Positions 25,301 through 35,715 of a DNA stretch of 64,000 nt are shown here, piece after piece. The DNA is from Lytechinus pictus. Lineage: Eukaryota. The position numbers and the translations under genes were made by a program. The DNA lies in contig NC_087245.1 in the NCBI RefSeq assembly GCF_037042905.1, positions 29,018,001-29,082,000 on the forward strand, given 5' to 3'. Numbering within the stretch: the stretch's first letter is position 1; the number at the start of each line of letters is the position of its first letter. The notes under the pieces are model-generated. The model saw only the letters and a program-made list of their open reading frames with translations. It was not told where the DNA came from and did not search any database.

Positions 25301-26725
25301 CACAAGCAGTATTTAACTTATTTGACATTTCAAATATTCAACCTTGGTTAAGATTTCAATCTTGTTACCCCAATACAATCAAAGTACATTGAACCTAAAT
25401 GACTCTTGACCTTGATCATGTGACCAGAAACTAATGCAAGGTGATTACCCTTATGTACAACTTTCAAGAATTAGGTCCCCCCTTATTTAAGTTATGATAC
25501 CATTTCAAAAACTTAACCTTGGTTAAGATCTCACTGCCACCACAATCAGAAAAGAGGTGCTTACAACATGTAGTCTCAAACTGCTATAGATGCAGGTGAG
25601 ACAAAAATCAATATCACAAGGGATTCAATAAATAACCAATTTGCTATTGCTCCAATTTATTGGACTTGATCGGTGATGAACGATTCAATCCTAAATGTGA
25701 GGACTTTATCACATTCTTTACTTAAAATGACCAATACAAAATGGCACTTAGCTACAGTACAATTTTATTTTGCAAAAAAAAAATTTAGTTCAACTTTTTA
25801 AGAATAAAAACATTAATAATGAAGTTAAACATTACAGTAAAAAGATTAAACTGAAAAGTATACTAATAGAATTAAGACATGTCATGCATGTCAACTTACC
25901 TGATTTCCACATTGTCCAACTGTAAAAAAAATATAAGGAAAAGTAATGTAATGACGATTAATAACTCCTTGTCTACTTCATGAAAAATATAAAAATTGTT
26001 GACCAAATTCACAATATGATGGCGCATATGCCAACTTCCCCGATACGTCTCACTCGATCTGGCAAAAAAATTTAAAGTAAAAAAGAAAAAATAGACAAGC
26101 CACATTTACTGAACAGGTTTCGACACATATCGTGATGCCCCCCCCCAAAAAAAAAAAACTTCTTAAGTTAATTTAAATATGCAGGTTTCGACGTCTCCCA
26201 CTCCCATGAATGTCACTCATCCTACGAACGAGGTTATAATATAATGTGAGGTTTGCCTTGCCTTTGGTTGGTTTTACAACAACCTTTGAAAGTTAAAGAT
26301 GGGTGATTTCAATACGGGTGTTGACTGTTGAGTGTTGTTGCATGTTGCGGCATTATTCCTGGTCATGCTGGTTTATTTTAATTCACCACTCCATTCTCTG
26401 CCGTTCATTTCGTCAGCGGCGGTGACTTCTTTCCTCTCCCATTGGCTTTGTATACAATGAGCGCACACACACGAGAAGAAACCCGAGAAGAGAGGTGACT
26501 TATTTCAGGATAAGGCCGGTGTTGCTTGTGTGGAGAGCGTGAAAAACGCTGCTCCGTTTCATTTTCATTATTCAGTCCCACATATTGCTTTATTTGTTTG
26601 TTCAAAATTTTCAACTAAAAACATTTTATAGTTTATGAAGTTTTACGAATGAACACGAAAATCCAACAACTAAATTCAACTGCAGTAAGTTTATTCTTAC
26701 CTTGAATTACTACAGACTGTGTCAT
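2750..26725 (-). CDS. TUBE1: Epsilon-tubulin, 9 coding exons in window (26701-26725, 25900-25919, 22697-22803, 21316-21382, 10066-10181, 6733-6854, 5314-5380, 4279-4399, 2750-2952); 3' exons lie left of position 1
   Basis: Spliced translation MTQSVVIQVGQCGNQIGCRFWDLALREH...SLKARAVLIDMEEGVVNE...GNNWAVGHK...HSMGGGTGSG...TSPYNSVLAM...EKPFDHMNNIVANLLLNLT matches epsilon-tubulin as recalled. All introns are GT-AG with consistent phases. Confidence 0.96.
3243..3473. mobile_element. Tc1/mariner-type MITE
   Basis: TIRs CAGTGGTGCTAAAA..GTGAACCC with TA on both sides; a related copy lies at 45287-45508 in the opposite orientation. Confidence 0.85.
3904..4044. mobile_element. Short palindromic MITE (probable PIF/Harbinger type)
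   Basis: GGGGCCTGTTTCATAAA...TATGAAACGAGTCCC imperfect inverted ends. Confidence 0.6.
4279..4399 (-). CDS. TUBE1: TUBE1 exon 8 (FVTAVYPSSDDDVVTSPYNSVLAMRQLTDCADCVMPIENQ)
   Basis: Conserved PYNS and P-I-E-N-Q motifs; cag acceptor, gtat donor. Confidence 0.95.
5314..5380 (-). CDS. TUBE1: TUBE1 exon 7 (GTGSGVGTAVLSQLQDLYPDVY)
   Basis: Completes the tubulin GGGTGSG motif; tag acceptor, gtg donor. Confidence 0.93.
5590..5745. repeat. Degenerate ~24-bp minisatellite
   Basis: Recurrent GCTTGAGTTGGAGAGAT-like units; they produce the PTQASLL repeats of ORF 5449..5793. Confidence 0.6.
6220..6503 (+). mobile_element. tRNA-derived SINE
   Basis: B-box-like GTTCGAATCCC, central CACCCAGGTG core, GCGCTATATAAATG and (TTA)n tail; related copies at ~57471-57750 and a 3' fragment at ~150-213. 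Confidence 0.8.
6733..6854 (-). CDS. TUBE1: TUBE1 exon 6 (AVGHKLYGSQYQEQLEECIRTAAECCDCLQCFFIMHSMGG)
   Basis: cag acceptor, gtaag donor, leads into the GGGTGSG signature. Confidence 0.95.
7906..9555. mobile_element. Degenerate copy of the Tsp/pearl/HINE-like element, interrupted by a MITE
   Basis: Shares the CAAGTGGA..GCCTCT start, GACCTTGATCATGTGACC units and CCGTCGGAAAAGCGG end with 15243-16383. Confidence 0.75.
8294..9375. mobile_element. Non-autonomous DNA transposon nested in the Tsp-like element
   Basis: Termini CAGTCAGTCTGCAAGC / GCTTGCCGACTGACTG; internal inverted repeat AGATGGGTCAGCAGCCAGCTTT at ~8695 and ~8959. Confidence 0.7.
10066..10181 (-). CDS. TUBE1: TUBE1 exon 5 (AVLIDMEEGVVNELLKGSLRDVFDHRQLLTDVSGCGNN)
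   Basis: tag acceptor, gtag donor, conserved peptide. Confidence 0.95.
11455..11619. mobile_element. MITE with TAA target duplication (PIF/Harbinger-like)
   Basis: ~40-bp TIR TACATTGGTCACATTTGTCCTACGGCGGCCGTACGGCGAGT; TAA on both flanks. Confidence 0.82.
12310..12879. mobile_element. TTAA-flanked ~600-bp MITE (Kolobok-like family), degenerate left end
   Basis: Ends GGGGTGGACTTGACCT|TTAA; same family as 23378, 32937, 49893 and 60712. Confidence 0.8.
12906..13297. mobile_element. hAT-like MITE with internal tandem repeats
   Basis: CAGCGGCGTACC...GGTATACGCTAGTG; 8-bp flanks TCGAGGTG/GCGAGGTG; relatives at ~19675-19966 and ~55920-56121. Confidence 0.72.
15243..16383. mobile_element. Tsp/pearl/HINE (Helentron-associated)-like element with internal ~160-bp tandem array and (GCC)n
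   Basis: Subterminal inverted repeat GTCTCACCTGCAT / ATGCAGGTGAGAC; repeat units start near 15438, 15601, 15753, 15916 and 16109; (GCC)n at 16284-16331; A-run end. Confidence 0.8.
19523..19669. mobile_element. Palindromic MITE with CAG target duplication (PIF/Harbinger-like)
   Basis: Perfect ~38-bp TIR GGGCCCGTTGCAGAAAGAGTTGCAATCAATCGCAACTC, CAG on both flanks. Confidence 0.85.
21316..21382 (-). CDS. TUBE1: TUBE1 exon 4 (YSNPLDLGIGDGKQKITSLKAR)
   Basis: cag acceptor, gtaag donor, phase 2 to 0; supplies SLKAR before AVLIDMEE. Confidence 0.9.
21680..22399 (+). mobile_element. Non-autonomous AcademH-like transposon carrying a RecQ-type helicase fragment
   Basis: ~130-bp imperfect TIRs (TAACCTATAATCTAGG...CCTAGATTATAGGCTA); 9-bp flanks ATTTCAGCG/ATCTCAGCA; internal FRDLQESAI...IFLALPTGYGKS. 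Confidence 0.78.
22697..22803 (-). CDS. TUBE1: TUBE1 exon 3 (IGCRFWDLALREHATYNKKGIFDESLSSFFRNVDA)
   Basis: tag acceptor, gtaag donor, epsilon-tubulin-like peptide. Confidence 0.95.
23378..23980. mobile_element. Kolobok-like MITE (nested)
   Basis: TTAA|AGGAAAAGTCCACCCCA ... TGGGGTGGACTTGACCT|TTAA with long inverted arms. Confidence 0.88.
24060..24543. mobile_element. MITE with CCGG(G)nGCACTCA termini (nested)
   Basis: CCGGGGG..GTGCACTCA ... TGAGTGCCCCC..CCGG inverted ends. Confidence 0.72.
25900..25919 (-). CDS. TUBE1: TUBE1 exon 2, 20-nt micro-exon (VGQCGNQ)
   Basis: cag|TTGGACAATGTGGAAATCAG|gtaag encodes the tubulin GQCGNQ motif; phase fits both neighbours. Confidence 0.92.
26701..26725 (-). 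CDS. TUBE1: TUBE1 coding exon 1 (MTQSVVIQ)
   Basis: ATG ACA CAG TCT GTA GTA ATT CAA G|gtaag. Confidence 0.9.
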
Positions 26726-28969
26726 AATTGTAACTGGGTGATGTCTCTGTCTAGAAATGCTAGATTTAACCAATATTTGTCACTGTGCCAGTACAGCGCA
26801 ATGCGATGGCCAGTTCATTTCATATTTGGCAGACACGACTTTTCAATATTCTGTCGACGACAGAGGGCGATTTCATTTCCACGCGGAAGAGTTGATTGAT
26901 TGATTGATTTTATTTGGCAAGTCACCATAACATATATACAGTAGCACAGGATGACCCACGAAAGCTCGAAAGCTTATTTCCAGTGGGGTCCTCAACATAC
27001 AGAATTAAGATAATAAAATGGTAAAATTATACTATTTACATATTAAAAAAATGAAGAAAAAAAATCAGAATTTACTATTACCAATAAATAAGGTATATAT
27101 ACACAACAAAAAAAGTAAGTCCCCCTTGAACAAACATCAATAATTTCCGAACCAATGCGAGTTTTTAATATATTTTTACATGAGCCTGTAGGTAATTTAA
27201 TACGCTACCCTCTGAGTAAATGTTATGGAAGTATTTTACGTCATGCTTCGGTGAGCACTGTCAGAAGGCAAAAATGTAACTTTTCAAAAGTCACAAGCCA
27301 AATATCATGACTTTGATTCCATTTTATTGGAACTAATTCCACATTCTCATCATGAAAAATAGTCAGAAGGCTTGTAAAAGGTACTTTTTAAAAGACGATA
27401 CAACTTTTTTTGGCTAAATTTCACGGTTGAATAAACACAAGTCCAAATTTGCTATAATTGGATTTTTTACACATTTCTATAAAAAAAAATGATCGAATAT
27501 GATGACAGTTATTTTTGGGAAGATTATCTTCAACAATATTCATCGTTTCACGGTTCAATGAACATCTATCGAAAACAAAAAATACGATTTTCAAATATCA
27601 TAGGCAAGTATTGTTTCATTTTGGTAACTGAAAATGATCTTTTCTCTAGTTTTCGTTATGTTCATGAACAATTAACATGTTTCAATGATTCAAAGGCGTT
27701 TGATTAAACATTCACGCTTGAATGAACATATGGAATGTGATTAGCTCTTTTTTACGTTATTGGAAAGTATGCAATTTGCAACTATGGATATCTGTCACAA
27801 ACCTCCTTGCATAGTTCATTTGACTTGATTTTTATGAAAATCCCGATTTTTAATGCATCAGTGAGCACACAATATTCGATAATTATGCAACTGAGGAGAA
27901 GAAAGCTCAAGGCCTTGGCCCCACTCTGTGCCGTATCGAATGGTTATTTTGGTGTGCGTGCCTTTTGGATAGTGTTACTCTGAAGTCATGTGCGAAGTTT
28001 CATAAAATAAAAGTTGGCAGAAGTAACAAAAACCGTCCATGAAACAAACCCTCATTTCACATTTGTTAAAATTTTGACTTCCTCTCTCATAGACATTGTG
28101 TACATTATAAGTGCATATGTTTAAGAATAAGTATCCCCTTATTCAATATGGTGGAACTTTTTTCAAGGCTGTCTTTGGCAGTCATTTGGCGGTAATGTTT
28201 ATCAACCTATGGGCAGAATTCTGTGCAAAAATGAAATTGAATTGTTTATTTATGGATGAGTGAGCACGCATCAAAGTGGGATAAGGGGTATTTTCAATGT
28301 CACAGACTCATTTTAAAGGGTATTAAAGTGAATATTGGGGGCAAATTCGGTTTCAAATGTGACTTTAATTGCTGTTGTTTATCATCCATCATTTCTATCA
28401 CCACACACCTTCCGAACTTTTAACATTTTCATGGTTGAGCGAGCACATTCGAAAACTTAGGAATGAATACTCTGTATACTGCATTAATGTATTATTTTCC
28501 TAACAATTTCTCAGGATCAGTTTAATTTATGGAAAAATCAGTGGTGGATCCAGAATTTTAAAATGGGGGAGGGGCCTATAATCGGGGGAGCCCGCTTCCG
28601 CGGCCCCTGCAATACGTTGTGCTCACTCAACCATAAACATACGATATCAAAATTGTGTGTGGCGTGGCTAAATAATGGATAGTAAAACAGCATTAACACC
28701 ATAAAATTCACCTAAAAACAACCTTTGCCCAATTTTGTATTTGCACAATCTGAAAAAACGACTCTTGTGACTTTAAAAAATTGCAATTTTTAATTCAATC
28801 TTTATTTACTCATGCATGACTCAACCGATCAGGAGTTGCTTAATGAGTGTAGAAAACCACCTACGACTGAAATATCATATCTCAAAATAATTCCGTTCAA
28901 GAGATACAGCAATTTCATTAAGGGGGACTTACTTTTTTTGTTGTGTATAGATAATATATACAAGAATAT

Positions 28970-29165
28970 AAAGAAGAAAAGAAGAAAAGAAGGAGAAGGA
29001 GGAGGAATAGAAGAAGAAAGGGGAGGAGGAGGAGAAGGAGACGGAAGAAAAGGAGGAGGAAGAAAAAGAATAAGGAGAAGAACAACAGCAAAAACAGCGA
29101 CAACAATAACAACACGAAGAGGAGAATAGAAGGAAGAGATAAAAGAAATAGAAATAATAGAAGAA
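28970..29165. repeat. (GAA/GGA)n low-complexity tract
   Basis: Purine-rich trinucleotide repeats visible directly. Confidence 0.9.
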
Positions 29166-29434
29166 AGGACATATCGAAACTTCAATCAAACTATGTAAAA
29201 TAAATAATAATACCTGGTAGAGAAGAGAAAAGAACGTGGTCAGGGCATCAACCATAAAACTTTAACCGAGAACATGGAGAAATAGGAAATAACTTTGTCA
29301 TCAATTATATACAATGGCTAGAAGCATTACTCGGTTTTAGAGACAGTGCAAAAATAATGTTCCACGTAATCATGTGATAAATTTGGTCAAATAATAGTAT
29401 GATTTACAATATAAACCGTGAGTGTATGGGACAT

Positions 29435-29593
29435 GGGGACCGTTTCATCAACATTTTTGTCTGACAAGTTGTCAGATCTGACTTCTTTCCTTGATTCTGA
29501 TTGGCTGAGAGGCATTGTTACTATAGTAACTGTCGGATCAAATGGGACTTGTCAGACAAAACATCCGACAAGTCCTTTCATGAAACGCTCCCC
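29435..29593. mobile_element. Short MITE; inverted sister copy at ~41882-42038
   Basis: GGGGACCGTTTCATCAACA...TTCATGAAACGCTCCCC; ORFs 29501..29692 and 41765..41974 share the MAERxCYYxNCRIKWDLSDK translation. Confidence 0.82.
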
Positions 29594-30503
29594 GGCGAGT
29601 GGGCCCGGGGGGGGGGGACTCGGCCCGGGGAAGTGTTCCAACATGGATTATGCAGGGTTCCATGCCATTTGCTCCGGCAACAATACGATTGAAAATCTGT
29701 ACATTAAGCGAAACATAAAACCTAACCTCCAAAACTAATTAAACCCTAATCCTAATCTTTACATTATTCTGAACGGCCAAAAACTCGATTACAATCCTAA
29801 CTCTAATTTTATGCCTTCTGAGATATTAAGACCGGAGCAATTGTCGCAGGAGCAAATGCTGTGTCACCATTATGCAGAGCCAATAAAAATGATAAAAGCT
29901 CAAAATGGACTAAATAAATATAAAATGGCAAAAAAGGGATAAATTGACCCCGAAATTGACACTACACCATAAGAAATAGGAAAATTTATTCCCTATAGGA
30001 CTTATTAATGGACTCCGCACTTCAAACATTTTAATGCTTAGTTCCTACTGCGAATTATTATAATAATCAATGTAACATTATCTTGTGTCAAATTATTTCT
30101 TGTTATGCATGGTGAAAATAGATTAAACAAACAAATTATTGTTTTCAGAGTATAGGCCTGCGTAATGTATATCCGTTTTACTATTACTTTGTGCCATGTT
30201 TCATTTAGCCGCATGCTAAAATATCAAAATGCAGGGCTGACCGGGAGTGGTTTAATGAACGAATCTGTTTATGGCCCCAAGCCCATGTGAATTGTATATG
30301 TTTGTTGGAAAATGCTACAAACAAACGAATAAAAACTAAACTGAACTTATATACTAAAAGGGATAAGAGAAGAGTTTGGGCATTTGACATCTTGCTTGTA
30401 AAAACAGCAAAATCGGAAAATTCGGCATATAATTTATATGAATAAAAATAGATAGATACTAATTGAATACGAATGACATGCACTAGCCATTTAGCCATCA
30501 AAG

Positions 30504-31867
30504 CAGGCCGTAGCCAGGGGGCGGTGGGAGCGGTCGCCGCCCCCCCCCAAAAAAAAAAAAAAAAAAAAACGCTCCCCAAAAGAAAAAAAAGAAGGAGAAA
30601 AGAAGAAAAAGAAAAAGCGAAAGGAGAAAAGGGAAGAAAGGTATAGCTTTGTTGTCTTTTCCCTTCTTTTTTGGTTAAAGAATAAAAACCTAAACGAGAC
30701 GTTCTTCTCTCTTCATACAAAATTTTGCTTCTGCGCTCCGCGTGGGAAAAATATCAAAATTGCCATTCCCTTTTTTTCCCACAACTTTTTTCTTCTCCGT
30801 TTTTCCCCTTCCCGGCTGTGGGAATCGTATATTCTTGCCAGATATTATAAAGTACATGGGTGTAAAGAGTATGACAAGTATTTTTTTCAAATATTGTATT
30901 GACACAAAAGTTTGGCTCTTCTGTTAGGAGCGGGTAAACATTACCGTCACTCCCCGAGTCCCCAAATGCTATTTCATCCGCTTTTCAGCAAGTAATTTTT
31001 GGCAAAAATATCTGCTCAAAGGGGGAGGCATTAAATTCGTGCCGTGCTATATTATACTTTATTCTATATCGCTGCACATCCATGTTTTGTTTTGCGCCAT
31101 TGATTTGAAAATTTTGAATATCACTGAAGTTTCTTTATCAAAAGGAAGCGCTTAATAATGAGCGAAATTACACAGTTTTTTTCTCCAAAATAAATCACAG
31201 AAGTTTCCGCGCTTCGCGAGCATGGCAAAGGAAAAGTCCCTCTTCTAGCTTGCATCATCCCTTTCACATTTTGTGCTCGTTTTTCTTCTTAATCGAGTTA
31301 TATTTAATCTAAGAAATATCAAATTTAGAACAGGTTAAACGTTTCAGAGAATTTTTTTAAATATTTAGAGTTTCAACGCCATTCGCGGGAAGGAATATAG
31401 CGCCTATTTCCTTCCTGTATATACCCGTCTGACTCTGTTTTGCGACTTGAGTTAACGAAATTTAATGTGGATACACTTCATACAATCAAATCTGATGTGA
31501 CCAAGGTAGGCATTATCATTTCTGTTCTCTATTTTTATAAAACTTTTTAGGCTTCCACGCTTTGCGCGGTAAGATGAATTATTTCAAATTCTTCAATCTT
31601 TTCCCATTTTGGGGGAGCTCATAATTTCTTTCGAAAACAATTTTGTTTTAATCATAGCAAGTCAATATTTGAGTTGATAAGGGTACTAGAGACACCTTCT
31701 TTTGATTTGAATTTGATGAGATATCGAAAACTTCGCGCTCCGCGCGGGAAGGGGGGGGGGGAACTCGCCCCTCTCTGTTCCCTCCCACTATAGGGAGCGC
31801 GCGAAGCGCGCTATGGAAGTGTTTTACTTACCGCCCCCTCCAAAATTAAATCCTGGCTACGCGGCTG
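30504..31867. mobile_element. hAT-like non-autonomous element with perfect 8-bp TSD
   Basis: CATCAAAG at 30496-30503 and 31868-31875; ends CAGGCCGTAGCCAGG / CCTGGCTACGCGGCTG. Confidence 0.8.
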
Positions 31868-32936
31868 CATCAAAGCCGGCAGCGATCGCACCGGACTCCC
31901 CTGATCCTCGACACGCAGGCATGGCAGGGGCGTCGTATTTCGATAAGGGGGTGGGGGTCACCCAACAGGTGATACGTTTTTTTTCTTCTAAATTGATTAG
32001 GTCTAATAGGGGTATTACAGAGTTGATCGACCTTAAACCTTCTTTTTTATGATCCCGTTTCTTCTTTCTTTCCCATTCTTCTCCTTTTCTTAGATTAGTT
32101 TAATAATAGAAAAATTATAAAATTTCATGACTGGCCCCTAGCTCAGTGCCACCCCTTCCCCCCAGTGTATTTCGCTGACAAAAAACCTAAAAATAAAACA
32201 GGAAAATGAAAAGGGAGAGTCCGAGAAGAGGAAAATGTAGAAAGGAGATGAACAGGGAACAACGAGAAAAAAAAGGGAAAACGAAGGGAGAGGAAAGGAA
32301 CGGAAAAGGAACTAAGAGAAATGAAATTTGGGAAGAAATAGCAGGAAAATGGAAAGGGTAAAGGGGGCAGAAGGAGAAAGGAAAGAATCAAGTTTGAGGA
32401 ATTAGAACAAATCATTCCGGAATACAAAGAAATTGGGGAAAGAATGTAGGGGATTAATACATGATTAACATGATTAAAGGAGGGCAAAAGCGGAATCAGA
32501 GAGGAAGAATAAATAGGGAAATAAGTATACATGCCCTCGAGGATAATAAAAATTTGAAAGGAAACAATGTTAGTTGGGAGAAAATACAGATGAAATGGCA
32601 AGCATCCGGATCGTACTCGTCGACCTTAAAGAAAAAAAAAAGGAAAGGGAAGCTTAAATGGAAGTAAGAAGAAAATGAATTTATGTGTACAAGAGAACGA
32701 ATAAACTTGAAAAAGGGAATAATATAAGGCAAAAAAATGAAGAAAAAAAATCAATGAAGAAAGGGCATGTGAGCAAGGCATATGACCCTGGACCCCATCA
32801 ATCAGGGCCTGTGGAACCGGAGGGACTAAAGTTCCACCTCAGACCACGATTATAGAAATAATTATAATTTTCTCTGTAAACCAACAAACATGCCAAATGC
32901 TTCAAGACGTATCCCTGTAGATCCCATCAACATTTA

Positions 32937-33530
32937 AGGACTACCCCAACAGAATGTTGATTTGAATAAAAACAGAAAAATCCAACAGAAAAATCCAACA
33001 AGCATAATACTGAAAATGTCATCAAAATCGGCTGGAAAATAAGAAAGTTATGGCATTTTAATGTTTTGCTTAATTTTACAAAATAGTAACACATCATGGT
33101 CGGTATGCAAATGAGGGGACTGTTGATATCATCAACTTACTATTTCTTTTGAATTTCATTACATGAAATTTGAAATATTATAATTTTCTCCTCATTGCCA
33201 TGAGAAACAAAGCATTATTCCTCGCTGAACTTGTGGAATTACCATTGTTTTAACATTTTTTGGTTCAGTCAAGTTGGTCATTTTTGTCAAAGCTGCAAAA
33301 ATTGGAATATTGTATAATTCAAACAATAAAAAAAATAGTGAGGGACATCATCGACTCTGTCATTTGCATATCACTAAGTTGTGCATGTAACTGTTTTGTG
33401 AAAAATAAGTGAAAATTAAAAATGTCATAACACTCTTATTTTACATCCGATTTTGATGAAATAATCAGTGTTACGCGGCTTGGTTTTTCTCTATTTAATT
33501 CAAATTAACATTATTCTGGGGTGGACTGAC
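32937..33530. mobile_element. Kolobok-like MITE copy
   Basis: Same arms (CATCAAAATCGG..AAATAAGAAAGTTATG) as 23378-23980. Confidence 0.8.
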
Positions 33531-34321
33531 ACGATGAATATTATTGTAAACATATGGTAAAGACAATAATGCAATACTTAGGTTAAGCATCTCTAACGGG
33601 GCTCTGTTGCTGTAATGCTGAAGGTTCTAATAGTAATGACGGCGCCCCTAGAATAATAAGAGTCACAATCAAGGATAAAAAACAACTTAACTATGAAAGT
33701 TTCCGGGGGGAGGGGGTTCCCGTGAGGGGCATTATCCCTGTGCCGGCAAAGGGCTGTCTGAGAAGATACCCATTCTTTTATGATTATAAAAAGGGCACAG
33801 AATGTCCCATTTTCAGTTCTAAATCTTTAACAATTCAGCTTTGACTTCGCACTCGCAATTTTTATTTTTTAAGATATATATCTTTTTATTATGATTTTGT
33901 GCTTAAACTGTCCAGTTTTTCAGGTCAGAGTATAAAAAGTGTGTACTTAAAACAGTAAAATGTTGGGGTTTTTTTTCAGTTTAAATTAAACAAAGAAATC
34001 TGCTCCGGCCTCGCCCTTGTAAACCTTGTCCTTTTTTAAACATGTACTTAAACCATGTAAACTGTAAAATTTTCAGGTTGGAATATAATCATAATTATGT
34101 ATTTGGCGCGCGCTTCGCGCTCACATTGCTCAATCGATATGAATGCTCTTCATGAGTCACTGTAGTCTCCAAGGCTTTCGTCCTCGGTCTCTGCATCTAT
34201 AACCTGCAAATAACTTTATTACGAGACCACTTTATGGATCCTACATGACCCTATACATAGTAACAGGGCTTAGCAGCCATTCAATGAAAGGTTACCGTAA
34301 TAAATGTAAAATAATTGCATA

Positions 34322-34335
34322 GTTACCATGGTTAC
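34322..34335. promoter_or_regulatory. Candidate RFX X-box
   Basis: GTTACCATGGTTAC, one mismatch from GTTNCCATGGNAAC, ~1.4 kb upstream of the 342-aa ORF. Confidence 0.3.
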
Positions 34336-35715
34336 CAAGTGCAGATCGTCTGCAGGGGAGAGTAGAATAAAGATAAGAAAAGAACAGGTGATAAATAATG
34401 TAATTATATATAGAGAGGGGGGCGAATAGATGGTAGATGATGGCATGGTTACAGGAGGGAATCCAAAGCAATACAGAGCTCGCCAATTAAAAAAAGAGAG
34501 AAACAAAGTAGAAAAGAATATCTCTTTTATTTTCCTCATACCGAATGACATTATTTGAAAAAAGTAATTTCTATGGATATTTATGATCTGTCAAAGAATG
34601 AAAGCTGAATTAACCCTTTTACAATTTCATTGAACTGCAGAATAATCATTCTATTGTTTGACATATGATATTTGAAAAGAAGTACAGAAATTGAACAGCA
34701 GAAATACAGGCAATAATGATAATGATAATAATAGAGATAATAATAACAATAACAATAAGAAGAAGGAGGAGGAGAAGAAGAATTATAATGATAATAATAA
34801 TACGTGTTACGCTTACGTATGGGAACGGCCTACATTTTCCATTAATATAGAAAATGAAAAACGTTTTTAAGGGCAATACTTTTTTTTCTGAAAAGTATAT
34901 TATCTATTCGTCAGCTGCACATTGCCTCGAATATGATTTACCATCCTTAATTGAAAGTGTTTGTCTCTCAAATGACTCTAGGGAGAATAATAAATCAGAT
35001 TTTGACTCGCGGCTGCGAAGAATCGCCCCCTCATTCTCAACGTTTCTGCATAGAAATTTGCGTTACTATACGTCGCAAAAATATTCACAGCGGAGTTTTT
35101 AATTATATAAGCAATTCAAGACGTTTGTTGCTTCTGAGGAGCGAGAGTATGGTTTTACGTATAAGGACACGCGGACACTATTATACACAGCTAAACATAG
35201 CCGTATTGAAACAGTTCTCATCTCCTATTGTAAGGAGGCTTATTTTCATTTATATCTGACTGAATATTCAGCTGAGTATATTCCAAAACGGATGCTATCT
35301 AGATCAATTATAGCTAATTGGGTCACAAGCGCCTTGTATTGTGATTAGACATTGGTTTTTTCTCAGTTAATTATAGCTCAGTGAGTTTGTGTATGTATTC
35401 CCAAGATGATGAATCCTTCGCTTATAAAAAGTCGACACGAAAGTCTTGCGTGCGATCACCCTTCGTCACCCTTTTCCGCGTTTGAGAAGATGCCGAGATG
35501 CTGAAACATCCTGATTGTTTTATCCATTCTCTGATATGAATGATGGACTTGTTCTCTATCATGTGAATTCATAATCGCATTTTAAGTCTGCTGACGTTGA
35601 TCAAACCAGGAAAGTGGGAGTTTAATAACCGTAGAGGTGGATAAACTGTCTATTCGCAGCTTGTGGTTTCAGTGGACCTCGGTGTTCAGAATATATTCTA
35701 CTGTTATAATGTAAC

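Noticed and set aside
26278..26366. MTRNNAATC... as an alternative TUBE1 first exon
   Set aside because: The only apparent donor is weak and in phase 2, incompatible with the phase-1 exon 2.
2750..26725. Delta-, alpha- or beta-tubulin identity for the tubulin gene
   Set aside because: MTQSVV, FWDLALREH, SLKARAVLIDMEEGVV and EKPFD.MNNIVANLLLNLT are epsilon-type signatures.
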